Part shown: positions 19,148-27,689 of the stretch, one piece after another | Numbering within the stretch: position 1 is the first letter of the stretch | How the letters are laid out: the number at the start of each line of letters is the position of its first letter | Virus record (IMG/VR): IMGVR_UViG_3300033434_000006 | Location: 1 to 45,289 of that record | Source: a virus | Lineage: Duplodnaviria; Caudoviricetes | Reading direction: 5' to 3' (one strand) | Length of the DNA: 45,289 nucleotides | Translations under genes and position numbers: made by a program | The notes under the pieces: model-generated | What the model saw: the letters and a program-made list of their open reading frames with translations, nothing else | Database searches by the model: none | What the model was told of the DNA's origin: nothing

Positions 19148-19825
19148 TTATTTCCCAAACATTCTGTCGGCAAGCGACCTTGGTTTATCAGCGTTACCGC
19201 CCTCAATAAAGCTACCTTCTGAAACCATCTTGCCGATTTTAGTCATAAACCCAATCATTTGCGGGTGATTACCTAGCCCTGACTGAGACAGAAAATCAAC
19301 AAAACCCTTATCGGCGTATTGCCCAAGGGTTTTGTTTGCTAGGTCTATATCCGCCTGATTGAACTTCTCTTTGGCCTCGTTGAGCCAGCCTTGCGAAATT
19401 TCTTTAGCCTGGGCATCGATCATTTGGGCCTGTTCGCCCATCATCTTCGCGCCAATGCCGATGACCTTCTGAGCCTGCTCTTGTGTTAGTCCGCATTCTT
19501 TCATTGCCCCAACAAAGTCGGCACTACGCTCAGCATCCCAGGTCATACCCTCTGGAAGTTCGAAGTCTGTGTATTCTTCCGGCGCGCCCTGTGGCTCATC
19601 ACCTTCGGCCTTGTCACCTTCCGTCGGCTTTTCGCCTCCTGGCTGCTCTCCTTGCGGTTGCTCACCTTGTCCCGGTGTTGTGCCGGTCAAGAGAGTTCCA
19701 TCAGCAGCACTCGGTTCGCTAGTGCCAGCACCGCCAGCAGTTGCGGCGGCAGGTTCACCATCCGCAAACAGTTGCAGGTTAAACGCTCTATCTGTGTCAT
19801 CATGTAGAGCAGTTTTCATATTCAA
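19148..19825 (-). CDS. Capsid scaffold protein with N-terminal Prp-like motif (FNLQLFA)
   Basis: Acidic; GAPEEY.DF, GLTQEQAQ and GLGNHP motifs; directly upstream of the major capsid gene. Confidence 0.8.
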   Translation of the reverse strand: MNMKTALHDDTDRAFNLQLFADGEPAAATAGGAGTSEPSAADGTLLTGTTPGQGEQPQGEQPGGEKPTEGDKAEGDEPQGAPEEYTDFELPEGMTWDAERSADFVGAMKECGLTQEQAQKVIGIGAKMMGEQAQMIDAQAKEISQGWLNEAKEKFNQADIDLANKTLGQYADKGFVDFLSQSGLGNHPQMIGFMTKIGKMVSEGSFIEGGNADKPRSLADRMFGK

Positions 19826-19850
19826 TCACTCCTTGATATTGTTTTTTGAT

Positions 19851-19877
19851 ATAAAAAATAGAAGGTATTAACCTTCT
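19851..19877 (-). terminator. Possible terminator
   Basis: agaagg-ttaata-ccttct-atttttt on the minus strand. Confidence 0.5.
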
Positions 19878-20182
19878 TTAAAATAACTGACTATGTCTGG
19901 GTTATCTCGTATGATCTGGATAAACGCTTTGCCAACCTCATCGACAATAGTTTCTTCACTAGTGGTCGGAAGGTCTAACCCTCTTTCGTAAATAATTCCA
20001 TGTGCAACTTCATGTGCCAATGTTACCTTTGATTGACTTTCGCCTATAGAACTGAGGATTTCAATTTTGTTAGTATTATAATCAATCGAACCTCTACATT
20101 CTCTGTGGTCGACGATTATCGGCCCTTCTACTTCACTAATTGAATAGGTAACGCAATCAATTTTAACTTTGTCAGGTATCAT
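19868..20182 (-). CDS. Small zincin-like (HExxH) metallopeptidase
   Basis: TLAHEVAHGI...EETIVD. Confidence 0.7.
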   Translation of the reverse strand: MIPDKVKIDCVTYSISEVEGPIIVDHRECRGSIDYNTNKIEILSSIGESQSKVTLAHEVAHGIIYERGLDLPTTSEETIVDEVGKAFIQIIRDNPDIVSYFKEG

Positions 20183-20421
20183 CTTGACCTCTTTCCTGCG
20201 GGTATGCGCTTTATGGTTGGCCTATTTTGTGCTAAGTCAATAGTTGTTGGCGAACCTCCATTTTGTGAACAAGAATCATCTTCAAAAACAACAGGAAAAG
20301 GCGCACTATTAAAATGACATTCTCCGCACTCATCCCCTGGTTTTGTAACTCCTGTATTTTCGTTTGTAACAGATATTTTCAACGGCCCATAAAACCATTG
20401 ACAATCCTTGCACATTCCCAT
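20179..20421 (-). CDS. Hypothetical Cys-containing protein
   Basis: CKDC, CGEC; SD present; overlaps its neighbour. Confidence 0.6.
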   Translation of the reverse strand: MGMCKDCQWFYGPLKISVTNENTGVTKPGDECGECHFNSAPFPVVFEDDSCSQNGGSPTTIDLAQNRPTIKRIPAGKRSR

Positions 20422-20436
20422 TATTTGCCGCCCCTT

Positions 20437-20817
20437 CTACCGCCTTTGGCGATCTTGCCGCCTTTGCATTTGCCCATTTCTATCACTCGCTTTCTTTTGT
20501 TGTATTTCTAAGTCGCGGATAACCGCCGCCTGGTGCTCAATCCATTCCTTTTCAGCAGTGAGCATCATATCAACGCCCGGCATCCCGCTGAACTTCATTG
20601 TCGCTTCTAGCATCAAGGCAATAGAGCGCTTTCCTTCATTAAAATAGGTCCATGAGTTGCCGGTGAATGAAGTCTGATTCTGGCCGCATTTATAGATAAT
20701 CCAGGAGATTAACCGGCGACCGGCATCAGTTGACATGACTTGCAGAAGGTCCTTATTTGCGATTAGGTCAAGTTTATCGGCTACCTGCTGCTTAGAAATA
20801 GCATTATTATCAATCAT
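20437..20817 (-). CDS. Bbp19-like protein
   Basis: DLLQVMSTDAGRRLI...FNEGKRSIAL. Confidence 0.8.
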   Translation of the reverse strand: MIDNNAISKQQVADKLDLIANKDLLQVMSTDAGRRLISWIIYKCGQNQTSFTGNSWTYFNEGKRSIALMLEATMKFSGMPGVDMMLTAEKEWIEHQAAVIRDLEIQQKKASDRNGQMQRRQDRQRR

Positions 20818-21320
20818 GTTTTACCTTTTTTCTTAGCTTTGCTAGTGTCAAGTTTTGAATTTGGTTCATGCTTTTTAAAATACTCCTGCAGGTCGGCCTC
20901 ACTTCTCATTTGCAAGTTAGTCGGTGAAGCAACATAGTTCCAATTGCCATTATCTTCAACCCACTGACCACCGACATAGCCATCCTTGCCGCTATAAATG
21001 GATTCATTAGAAAACGTGGGATGGTTCGGTTTTTTATAGGTATCATTTAGATGTTGTGACGGGTCAGCATAACTAAAAGTCGGATTAGCTTTCCAGAATC
21101 CGCGCATATCGTAATCTCGTTCATCAGCACTTAAGTTCCGACCGACTATTTGAGACTGTTGTTGCTGCCATTGCTTATACTTGGTTTCATCCCCAGTAGA
21201 CAATTTCGTATTATACTGATCTGTCATATCCGGCGTAACAACATTATTGGCGGTGTTATTATCAGTTGATACGGTTGATATACTCGACTGATCTGCTGGC
21301 TGTCCATTATCGAAACACAT
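20814..21320 (-). CDS. Hypothetical virion-associated protein (MCF N-terminus)
   Basis: 168 aa, SD GGAGG, DYDMRGFW..KKPNHPTFS motif. Confidence 0.65.
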   Translation of the reverse strand: MCFDNGQPADQSSISTVSTDNNTANNVVTPDMTDQYNTKLSTGDETKYKQWQQQQSQIVGRNLSADERDYDMRGFWKANPTFSYADPSQHLNDTYKKPNHPTFSNESIYSGKDGYVGGQWVEDNGNWNYVASPTNLQMRSEADLQEYFKKHEPNSKLDTSKAKKKGKT

Positions 21321-21331
21321 GCTTTATCCTC

Positions 21332-23032
21332 CTATCCTGCACCTTGAAAACCTCCTAGCCCTGGCATAATAGCATCAAGCGCCGAACCGTTGCCCAGCGG
21401 CGTGTCGCTCAAAGTCTTGGCTCCTTGTGCCGCTGCCGTTCCCATTTGCGCGGCCTGTTGCATCTGCATTTGCTTTTGTTTGGCCTGCCTTACCTGGTTG
21501 ATCTGGTCTTGGCTATTGATTGTAGCCGCCGGAGTGCCAAGCATCTTAAGGTAGGCTTTTAGCGTTTCATCACCATTGATAATATCTAACGTATCAGGGA
21601 ACGCCTCCGCCATTTCAGTGGCAAACTGTACGCCCTCTTGAATAGCTGTCAGCCCTTGCATTTTCTGCGCCTGGGCCATATTGGACACATACTCAATCTT
21701 TAGGTTCATGCCTTGTATACTGTCAGGCGGTGGCGGGATAATGCCATTGCGGAGCGCAATATTAAAGGTGCGCTCAATAACAGGTTGTAGAAATTCATGC
21801 TGCAAGCGGTTTAGCACTGGCCCAATCTGGCTCATTTTCTCCTGCACTCGCTCGATGATCTCTCTTGCTGTGATCTGCCCGGTGTTCTCCATGCCCTCAA
21901 GCATCCTAAACAGGTCAACAAAGAAATGCTGATTAATGTCCTGGATAATCTGCTGTTTCTTAGCTTCAGCCTCTTGCAGTTGCAATTGAACCTGATACAG
22001 GGCTTGAATAGGTTGTGCGCCCTCCGACCGTGGGTAATAGTTGACACCATCAGGGAGTGAGTTTATGCCGCCGCGCTCCAACATTTCTACCGGAGCGATA
22101 ACAGAAGGCCGTACGCCTCTCGCTATGCCATCCCTTATATCCATTTCCAGTTCTTGTAGACTCATAGACAAAGAAAGCGCATACCATCCAGGGCCACGCC
22201 CATAGATGTCTGCGCCTTTTGTGTCCCAGCGACTAACTGCCATTGGAAATTCGTCGAATCCTTCAATTTTAAGGTAATCATCAGCCGGAGCCTTTTCCGT
22301 CCAGTACAGTGATATAAACTTTTTAGCCCAATATACGGCAGACTTTGGATTGTAGTTGGGGTTAGGGATAATCAGGTGTTTGACTTCTTCGTAGGTGTCG
22401 TAATTCTTGTTCTCAATGACAGTCTGCTTGATCGTATCCGGACAGTTATCCTCACCAAAGTTGTCGATCATATCCTTAGACGTAAACTGGATACGCCTAG
22501 CGAATCGATCAATCTTGTCATGCCTAGTCGTGCCTATCGCATACTCCCCGATGGTGAATGTCCTATACCAAACAACATGCTCGGGGTCTTCGTCCACCCA
22601 CATAACAGCCGTACACGGTGCGCCTAGTTCCTTATAGAACTGGATTGCGCTATCGTAGAAGTTCGACCGGGCGAATATGTCCAGCAAGATTTCGGTGGTC
22701 AGGTCGCACCATTGCCCCGCATCATTGTCGTTTTCGTCTATACCGTCGACTGTAGTCTTGAACCATGGCCTAAACGGTGAGGTCATTCCATCCTGCATAC
22801 CAGCCGCCTGGATGTTGTTAGCCATCAGTGGCGCTGTGTTAATCATGCGATCATCACTACGGTTGCCATCGTTGGGATTCTCGCCCTCAAAAAAGCCTAT
22901 GTATGGGTTAATATAATCCCTGATCTTCTTCCACTGGTCAAGCCACCGTTGCTGGGCGGTAAACATATTCTTATATATCTTGTTGAGTTCGTCGCGAGTA
23001 TATAGCGGTTTCTTCCCTTGCCAACGCATCAC
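21332..23032 (-). CDS. Portal protein (head-tail connector, Bbp21/T7 gp8-like)
   Basis: TSPFRPWF, YGRGPG, TAREIIER.QEK..IGPVL.RL..EFL.P and IEYVS.MAQAQK motifs. Confidence 0.93.
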   Translation of the reverse strand: MMRWQGKKPLYTRDELNKIYKNMFTAQQRWLDQWKKIRDYINPYIGFFEGENPNDGNRSDDRMINTAPLMANNIQAAGMQDGMTSPFRPWFKTTVDGIDENDNDAGQWCDLTTEILLDIFARSNFYDSAIQFYKELGAPCTAVMWVDEDPEHVVWYRTFTIGEYAIGTTRHDKIDRFARRIQFTSKDMIDNFGEDNCPDTIKQTVIENKNYDTYEEVKHLIIPNPNYNPKSAVYWAKKFISLYWTEKAPADDYLKIEGFDEFPMAVSRWDTKGADIYGRGPGWYALSLSMSLQELEMDIRDGIARGVRPSVIAPVEMLERGGINSLPDGVNYYPRSEGAQPIQALYQVQLQLQEAEAKKQQIIQDINQHFFVDLFRMLEGMENTGQITAREIIERVQEKMSQIGPVLNRLQHEFLQPVIERTFNIALRNGIIPPPPDSIQGMNLKIEYVSNMAQAQKMQGLTAIQEGVQFATEMAEAFPDTLDIINGDETLKAYLKMLGTPAATINSQDQINQVRQAKQKQMQMQQAAQMGTAAAQGAKTLSDTPLGNGSALDAIMPGLGGFQGAG

Positions 23033-23033
23033 A

Positions 23034-23246
23034 TCACCCCAAAGTCCCTTTTAGGCTTGCCGCGCTCGTCGTGCCAGTCAGCGCGCTTGTCCCAGCCACT
23101 ATGTTTTTGCTAAACCCATTGCTTGATATAGCCTTGTTCCTGCGCTTCTCTGCGGCCTCTTGTAGCGCCTCGCTATCGCCTGTTGCCACTGTGGTTGGTG
23201 CGGCTGAGTATTCCGTTGTGCTGTAACTGCCTGTACTAAAACACAT
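23034..23246 (-). CDS. Small virion protein (T7 gp6.7/7.3-like, MCFS start)
   Basis: 70 aa upstream of the portal; ends TLG. Confidence 0.65.
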   Translation of the reverse strand: MCFSTGSYSTTEYSAAPTTVATGDSEALQEAAEKRRNKAISSNGFSKNIVAGTSALTGTTSAASLKGTLG

Positions 23247-23248
23247 TG

Positions 23249-23440
23249 TTAATACCTCCTATCAAAAAAAGCTCGCCAGCAAGAATCTTCCAGCAATACT
23301 ATTGCCCATGTAAAAAGTGCTGACAGTGTGAAGAAGATAAAATTAAAAATAGTGCCCAATGGAGCACCCAAAATATATCCAATCGTATAGTAAATAACTA
23401 GGCAAGCTATAAGCCAAGCGATCTTTTCTTTTAAACACAT
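23249..23440 (-). CDS. Small membrane protein
   Basis: Two hydrophobic segments; flanked by 15-bp direct repeats. Confidence 0.55.
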   Translation of the reverse strand: MCLKEKIAWLIACLVIYYTIGYILGAPLGTIFNFIFFTLSALFTWAIVLLEDSCWRAFFDRRY

Positions 23441-23442
23441 TG

Positions 23443-23847
23443 TTAATCACCTGTTTCTTTCAGTTCTTGCAATATGTGCAAGGCTAATGTCATGTAGTCT
23501 TTTATCTGCCCTGCTGTCGGAGGTTCACCCCATTTACCATCGTCATATATGCTTTGCAACGTATCACAGCCAGAGCAAGAACCATAATCAACCTTTACAT
23601 ACCAATATTGGCATGGCGAATAATTCTTTTCCGGTATAACAAATAGCATTGTCCCTTGGTAATCATCGCCACCAAAGCAAGTGATTTTCTCATGGTCAGG
23701 TTTGCTACGCCATTCGTCAGTATGATTTGATATTAGCACAACAACTTGTTTTACAATTTCCTCATAATTATCAGGATGTTTTTCAGTGAAGACTTTTTCT
23801 ATTTCGTCCTTATGCTCATCCCAAATTTTAACCCAGTTATCAATCAT
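23443..23847 (-). CDS. Hypothetical phage protein
   Basis: 134 aa, SD AGGAGG, DDYQG..YGSCSGCD motif. Confidence 0.75.
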   Translation of the reverse strand: MIDNWVKIWDEHKDEIEKVFTEKHPDNYEEIVKQVVVLISNHTDEWRSKPDHEKITCFGGDDYQGTMLFVIPEKNYSPCQYWYVKVDYGSCSGCDTLQSIYDDGKWGEPPTAGQIKDYMTLALHILQELKETGD

Positions 23848-23851
23848 TGTT

Positions 23852-23956
23852 TTACCTCCTTTTAGGTAGCACTTGGAAACACAAATAAGCGGTTAGAATA
23901 GTGCCATACGCACACCCAACCGCGAATCCCCCGACTATATTAATTAAGTCGTTCAT
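23852..23956 (-). CDS. 34-aa single-TM peptide
   Basis: Manual translation MNDLINIVGGFAVGCAYGTILTAYLCFQVLPKRR; SD AGGAGG. Confidence 0.5.
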   Translation of the reverse strand: MNDLINIVGGFAVGCAYGTILTAYLCFQVLPKRR

Positions 23957-23958
23957 GC

Positions 23959-25299
23959 CTACCTCCTGTCTAATGGGTTGTATCGCTTGCCACCGTTGGC
24001 CCAGTACATGCCGTTGGTATCGGCCTTTGCTTGCTGAGCTCCCTTTGGTATTACCGGATAGGCAAAAGTTAAGGCTAGGGCGTCCGCAAGGTCTGTGGAC
24101 TTCCCTAGCCTTTCTTTGATCTTCTCTTTTGGTTCGAGCTTCATCCGGTTAGCAGCATCAAAACTGTACTCCGGAACAACCAAATCATTCTTAAGCTCTG
24201 GCATGTTTGGTAGTGCGCCTCCATCATTGAGCCATTGCCGTATACTGTCCCACATCTCAGTGCGCTTGTTTGTATATCGCTCATTTTTAAGTGGAGAACC
24301 GCCAAACGCCACTTCAACAACCTTATACCCTAATTGCCGCAAGCGATCTATAACACCCTCGCCCCGTCCCGAATCAATAAAGACAGCATCGGGGTTAAAC
24401 TCGCCAATCTCATTCGCAACGAAAGCGGCTAACTGCATATTATCAATGCCGGAATAAACCTTTGGCGTGAACGTCTGCAATCCTTGGCGGCGGAATATTA
24501 CGCTGCGATCATCCCCAAACCTAGCCACATCAACACCTATAATCTTCGGCGCAAGTTCTATGTCCTGCTCGCGGTATATCCTATTTACAGCTTCAGTCAC
24601 AAGGTCAATCGTTATCAGCACGTTGTAGGCGCTCGCCGTAAAGTCGCAGTATAACTCTTGCCGGACTTCGGTAGGTGTCATATCGCGCTTCATGCTCTCT
24701 AATTCGTCAGGTGCTATAACGTCCGTTTCATCGGCCCGATATAAGCAGCAAAACCAATCATCAGCAGCCATGGCCCGTTGATACATTTCGTAAAACTGAT
24801 TTTGTCCTTTAGGCGTACCAATAAAAACAGCCCACCCTTTCCGATCAGAAAGAGCAGGCCGTATAACTTCTCCCCATAATTCCTTTTTTATTTGAGCATA
24901 TTCATCGATTACAACGCCATCCCAGTACGTCCCACGCAATACGTCAGGGTTATCAGCGCCAACTATATATACTCTACTCCCCGGTGTATTCTTGTGCATG
25001 GTTGGGAACTCGATATAACTCTGCGTTTCATTTACCTTGATTCCGGGGATTACATTGGTATAATACTTTAGGTAATTCCACGCGATCATCCTGGCCTGTT
25101 TTTGAAACGGGGCTATATATGCGTACTGCGGAGATTGCAGTTTGTTTTGGGCCGCTTGCTTGATTAGGTGGTTAATGCTACCAACCGTCTTGCCAAACCG
25201 TCTATGGCAAACTAGCACGGCCCAGCGGTACTGATCTAGTGCCGGATGAATTTTATCACGCCAAATAGGTCGCGGCGAATATGGAATTTTAACTTTCAT
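23959..25299 (-). CDS. terL: Terminase large subunit
   Basis: HRRFGKT Walker A, VVIDEYA Walker B, IGVDVARFGDD nuclease motif, STDLADALAL. Confidence 0.95.
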   Translation of the reverse strand: MKVKIPYSPRPIWRDKIHPALDQYRWAVLVCHRRFGKTVGSINHLIKQAAQNKLQSPQYAYIAPFQKQARMIAWNYLKYYTNVIPGIKVNETQSYIEFPTMHKNTPGSRVYIVGADNPDVLRGTYWDGVVIDEYAQIKKELWGEVIRPALSDRKGWAVFIGTPKGQNQFYEMYQRAMAADDWFCCLYRADETDVIAPDELESMKRDMTPTEVRQELYCDFTASAYNVLITIDLVTEAVNRIYREQDIELAPKIIGVDVARFGDDRSVIFRRQGLQTFTPKVYSGIDNMQLAAFVANEIGEFNPDAVFIDSGRGEGVIDRLRQLGYKVVEVAFGGSPLKNERYTNKRTEMWDSIRQWLNDGGALPNMPELKNDLVVPEYSFDAANRMKLEPKEKIKERLGKSTDLADALALTFAYPVIPKGAQQAKADTNGMYWANGGKRYNPLDRR

Positions 25300-25311
25300 C
25301 GAACCACCTCT

Positions 25312-25506
25312 TTAAGTTGACAATGATAATATCCATTCGTTATCAATAACATCTGGCTTGGTATCTTCTAGCACTGCATCAATCCCATTAGCGCTTGTAG
25401 TATAGCCATTGCCAGCAGTTATGGCATAGTCCGCATAAGTAGCTATCTCTTGTGCGGTATAATCGCCAGATTCGACCATGTATTTAAGAGTCTCATCTCT
25501 ATTCAT
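25312..25506 (-). CDS. Hypothetical protein
   Basis: MNRDETL start after GGGAGG. Confidence 0.55.
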   Translation of the reverse strand: MNRDETLKYMVESGDYTAQEIATYADYAITAGNGYTTSANGIDAVLEDTKPDVIDNEWILSLST

Positions 25507-25540
25507 GCTCAGCCCTCCCAAATTAACCATAACTTAACCA

Positions 25541-25568
25541 ACGTCCGATAACCTTCATTCTGTTAAGT
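25541..25568. other. dif-like XerC/D recombination site
   Basis: ACGTCCGATAA-CCTTCA-TTCTGTTAAGT has the 11-6-11 layout and resembles the dif consensus. Intergenic. Confidence 0.5.
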
Positions 25569-25687
25569 ATAAAACCCAGCAAAATCAAGGCTTCCAGGGA
25601 TTCCGCCTCCAAAATGCTGGGAAATATCGCAATGTCCATTCCACGCAATACAAAATTGCTTGTTATGGTAAACTAAATTGTCAAATA

Positions 25688-26125
25688 TTAACTATCGTTT
25701 TGCCATGTTATTACGACTGTATTATCACTTGTTGACTTGTCTCCAAGACTCAACTTGCCAACCGCTTGAAAGTTTTTCAGAGTAGCAGATAATTTATTAA
25801 AGCTGTCAATGTCTGCTACCTTGTCAATATTCTTTAAAACTTTTTCTACTCCTGCTTTCGCGGCATTAAAACAATCTAAGTCAAATCTACTACCCTCATC
25901 GGATATAACCTCAATTTTTTTCTGCTGACGTTCTGCTGAGACTTTGCTTGCAAATATCTCTCTTTGTGCTGACCATTGATCTTGTTTAGCCTTACGGCCT
26001 ATTACCGCGGGGTCAATGTTAAGTTTGTCAGCAAGGTCTCTTTGCGTAGGATAAACACGCTTACCGTCCTGCTCAATACCTTCTATATATTCCTTCTTGA
26101 TTTCATCCCAGTTATGACGGGCCAT
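25688..26125 (-). CDS. terS: Terminase small subunit
   Basis: NWDEIKKEYIEG, HTH, C-terminal VVITW strand; upstream of terL. Confidence 0.75.
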   Translation of the reverse strand: MARHNWDEIKKEYIEGIEQDGKRVYPTQRDLADKLNIDPAVIGRKAKQDQWSAQREIFASKVSAERQQKKIEVISDEGSRFDLDCFNAAKAGVEKVLKNIDKVADIDSFNKLSATLKNFQAVGKLSLGDKSTSDNTVVITWQNDS

Positions 26126-26136
26126 ATTATCACCAC

Positions 26137-26343
26137 CTAAATACAGTTGCCTAAACTCTTAAGCGCACTCTGTATCGCGCTCTTACGCTCTTTTAATATT
26201 TTCATTTTAAAATCGCATTCGGTTGACTTCATCTTCGCCTGTATCAGCTCCGGCCCTAACTGCTCAATCTCACGCTCAATCAATAGTAATCGTTGCTGCA
26301 ATAGAGCAGGGTCGCGCTCTGCTATTTGTTCATCAGTTAGCAT
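26137..26343 (-). CDS. Hypothetical coiled-coil protein
   Basis: ORF track; probable start MLTDEQ. Confidence 0.55.
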   Translation of the reverse strand: MLTDEQIAERDPALLQQRLLLIEREIEQLGPELIQAKMKSTECDFKMKILKERKSAIQSALKSLGNCI

Positions 26344-26458
26344 GGTTGCCACTCTTTTCAAACTCTAACCCATATTCTTTTAAAAACCCACCTTCATAGC
26401 ATACTGTTGCTTCTGGGTCTTCCTTTTGCAGTAGTTCTATTAGTTCTTTAACTTTCAC
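26333..26458 (-). CDS. 41-aa hypothetical protein (MKVKELIELLQ type)
   Basis: Manual translation; GTG start after GGGG. Confidence 0.45.
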   Translation of the reverse strand: MKVKELIELLQKEDPEATVCYEGGFLKEYGLEFEKSGNHAN

Positions 26459-26597
26459 GATCTATACCCCATTCATCCCACTTTTCAACATTGCTTATTT
26501 CTCCATATGGAGTATTAATTGATACCCTTAACCTATGTTCACTACACCATTTAATGAATATTCCCGTTTGCTCAAGCAATTCATCGTATTCATTCAT
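26448..26597 (-). CDS. 49-aa hypothetical protein
   Basis: MNEYDELLEQ...; ATGA overlap with the HNH stop. Confidence 0.45.
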   Translation of the reverse strand: MNEYDELLEQTGIFIKWCSEHRLRVSINTPYGEISNVEKWDEWGIDRES

Positions 26598-26824
26598 TGC
26601 CTACGCCTCACAATCTCCCTCAACTCATCCCGGCTAATATTGCCATCATGCACTATCCTATGGCATTGCCAGCACAATAGTATAAGGTTGTCAGGCACAT
26701 CATCACCTCTTGCCCCACGGCTCTTTATGTGATGCGCTTGCAAATTAAAAGAGCTACCGCAATATTCGCAGTAGCCTATCTGATGTATGCGCTGTATTAG
26801 TTTTTTATCAACAATCCGTTTCAT
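26594..26824 (-). CDS. HNH endonuclease
   Basis: CEYCG..HHIKSRG..DNLILLCWQCH. Confidence 0.9.
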   Translation of the reverse strand: MKRIVDKKLIQRIHQIGYCEYCGSSFNLQAHHIKSRGARGDDVPDNLILLCWQCHRIVHDGNISRDELREIVRRRQ

Positions 26825-26884
26825 TTCAGCACCCCATTTTCGTGCCCCTGAGTCTGCTCAAAATAGCAGGCTCCTAAGTGCGCC

Positions 26885-27058
26885 TTACCTCAGCACCCCA
26901 TTACGCCTACCTTGCCGTACAGGCTCATGGTTGAGTGCCGTACTACCTCTCGGCTCATACTTGGTACACTGGCCCTTGACCAGCTTCACCCTTTTAGCTG
27001 TGCAATTGTCTATGCCGTGATGCTCACAGTCGCGGCGGTCACATTCTACTGTCGGCAT
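26885..27058 (-). CDS. 57-aa Cys-rich protein
   Basis: Manual translation MPTVECDRRDCEHHGIDNCTAK...; SD GAGGTG. Confidence 0.55.
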   Translation of the reverse strand: MPTVECDRRDCEHHGIDNCTAKRVKLVKGQCTKYEPRGSTALNHEPVRQGRRNGVLR

Positions 27059-27073
27059 GTTATCACCTCAAAT

Positions 27074-27100
27074 AAAAAAGCCCCTGCGTATGCAAGAGCC
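27074..27100 (-). terminator. Intrinsic terminator
   Basis: ggctcttgc-atac-gcaggggc-tttttt on the minus strand. Confidence 0.7.
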
Positions 27101-27108
27101 TCTAATGT

Positions 27109-27555
27109 TTATACTATTTGCCAATCCTCAGATAATATATCAGCTTGACTTGCCAACCATCCAAGCTGAACGCCGCTAGTGCCTACAAATGCAATCGCTT
27201 TATTTCCCATCTGCTCATGATCTACGTTAGCGATGTTCCCTGCTGGGTTAATATAGCTAACGTTTGTCGCAAGCTCAATATACTGTTTCTTGCCATTCCA
27301 GCCAGCTCGACAAGCTTTCTTGCCTTTCTTTACCGCTTCAATAGCCAAGCCAAACGTCATGCCACCAAACTTACGATACGCTTTTTCAAATACATCTTTT
27401 GGACTCCAAGACTCATATCCATCTTCGTAGAGGACATAGTATCCCGGATCATCAAACCCATCATTATGCGGTCTTTCTATTCCTTTGCCTGCTTCAAATT
27501 CCCCATGGGTCATAGGTTTAGCTTGGATAATTTTTACCCCAATATACTTTTTCAT
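27109..27555 (-). CDS. DUF2829/Tad2 (AcrIIA7-like) anti-defence protein with an extra N-terminal domain
   Basis: MTFGLAIEAVKKGKKACRAGWNGK...GWLASQADILSEDW. Confidence 0.88.
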   Translation of the reverse strand: MKKYIGVKIIQAKPMTHGEFEAGKGIERPHNDGFDDPGYYVLYEDGYESWSPKDVFEKAYRKFGGMTFGLAIEAVKKGKKACRAGWNGKKQYIELATNVSYINPAGNIANVDHEQMGNKAIAFVGTSGVQLGWLASQADILSEDWQIV

Positions 27556-27639
27556 ATTAACACGTCCTTATATTTAATAGCTTTCGCCGTACTTTACAAC
27601 GGGGCCGAAGCCCCAAAAGGAAGGTAGTAATGAACAAAC

Positions 27640-27665
27640 TTCTTAATATCATAGTATCACGGAAA
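27640..27665 (-). promoter_or_regulatory. Probable late promoter (-10 region)
   Basis: GTGATACTATGATA just downstream of the activator gene and upstream of the packaging genes; no canonical -35. Confidence 0.45.
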
Positions 27666-27689
27666 AACCGCCATTGAGTATGATACTCA

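Noticed and set aside
26825-27070. tRNA or ncRNA in the apparent gap before the HNH gene
   Set aside because: Mostly explained by a 57-aa ORF (26885-27058) with a good SD; no tRNA motifs seen.
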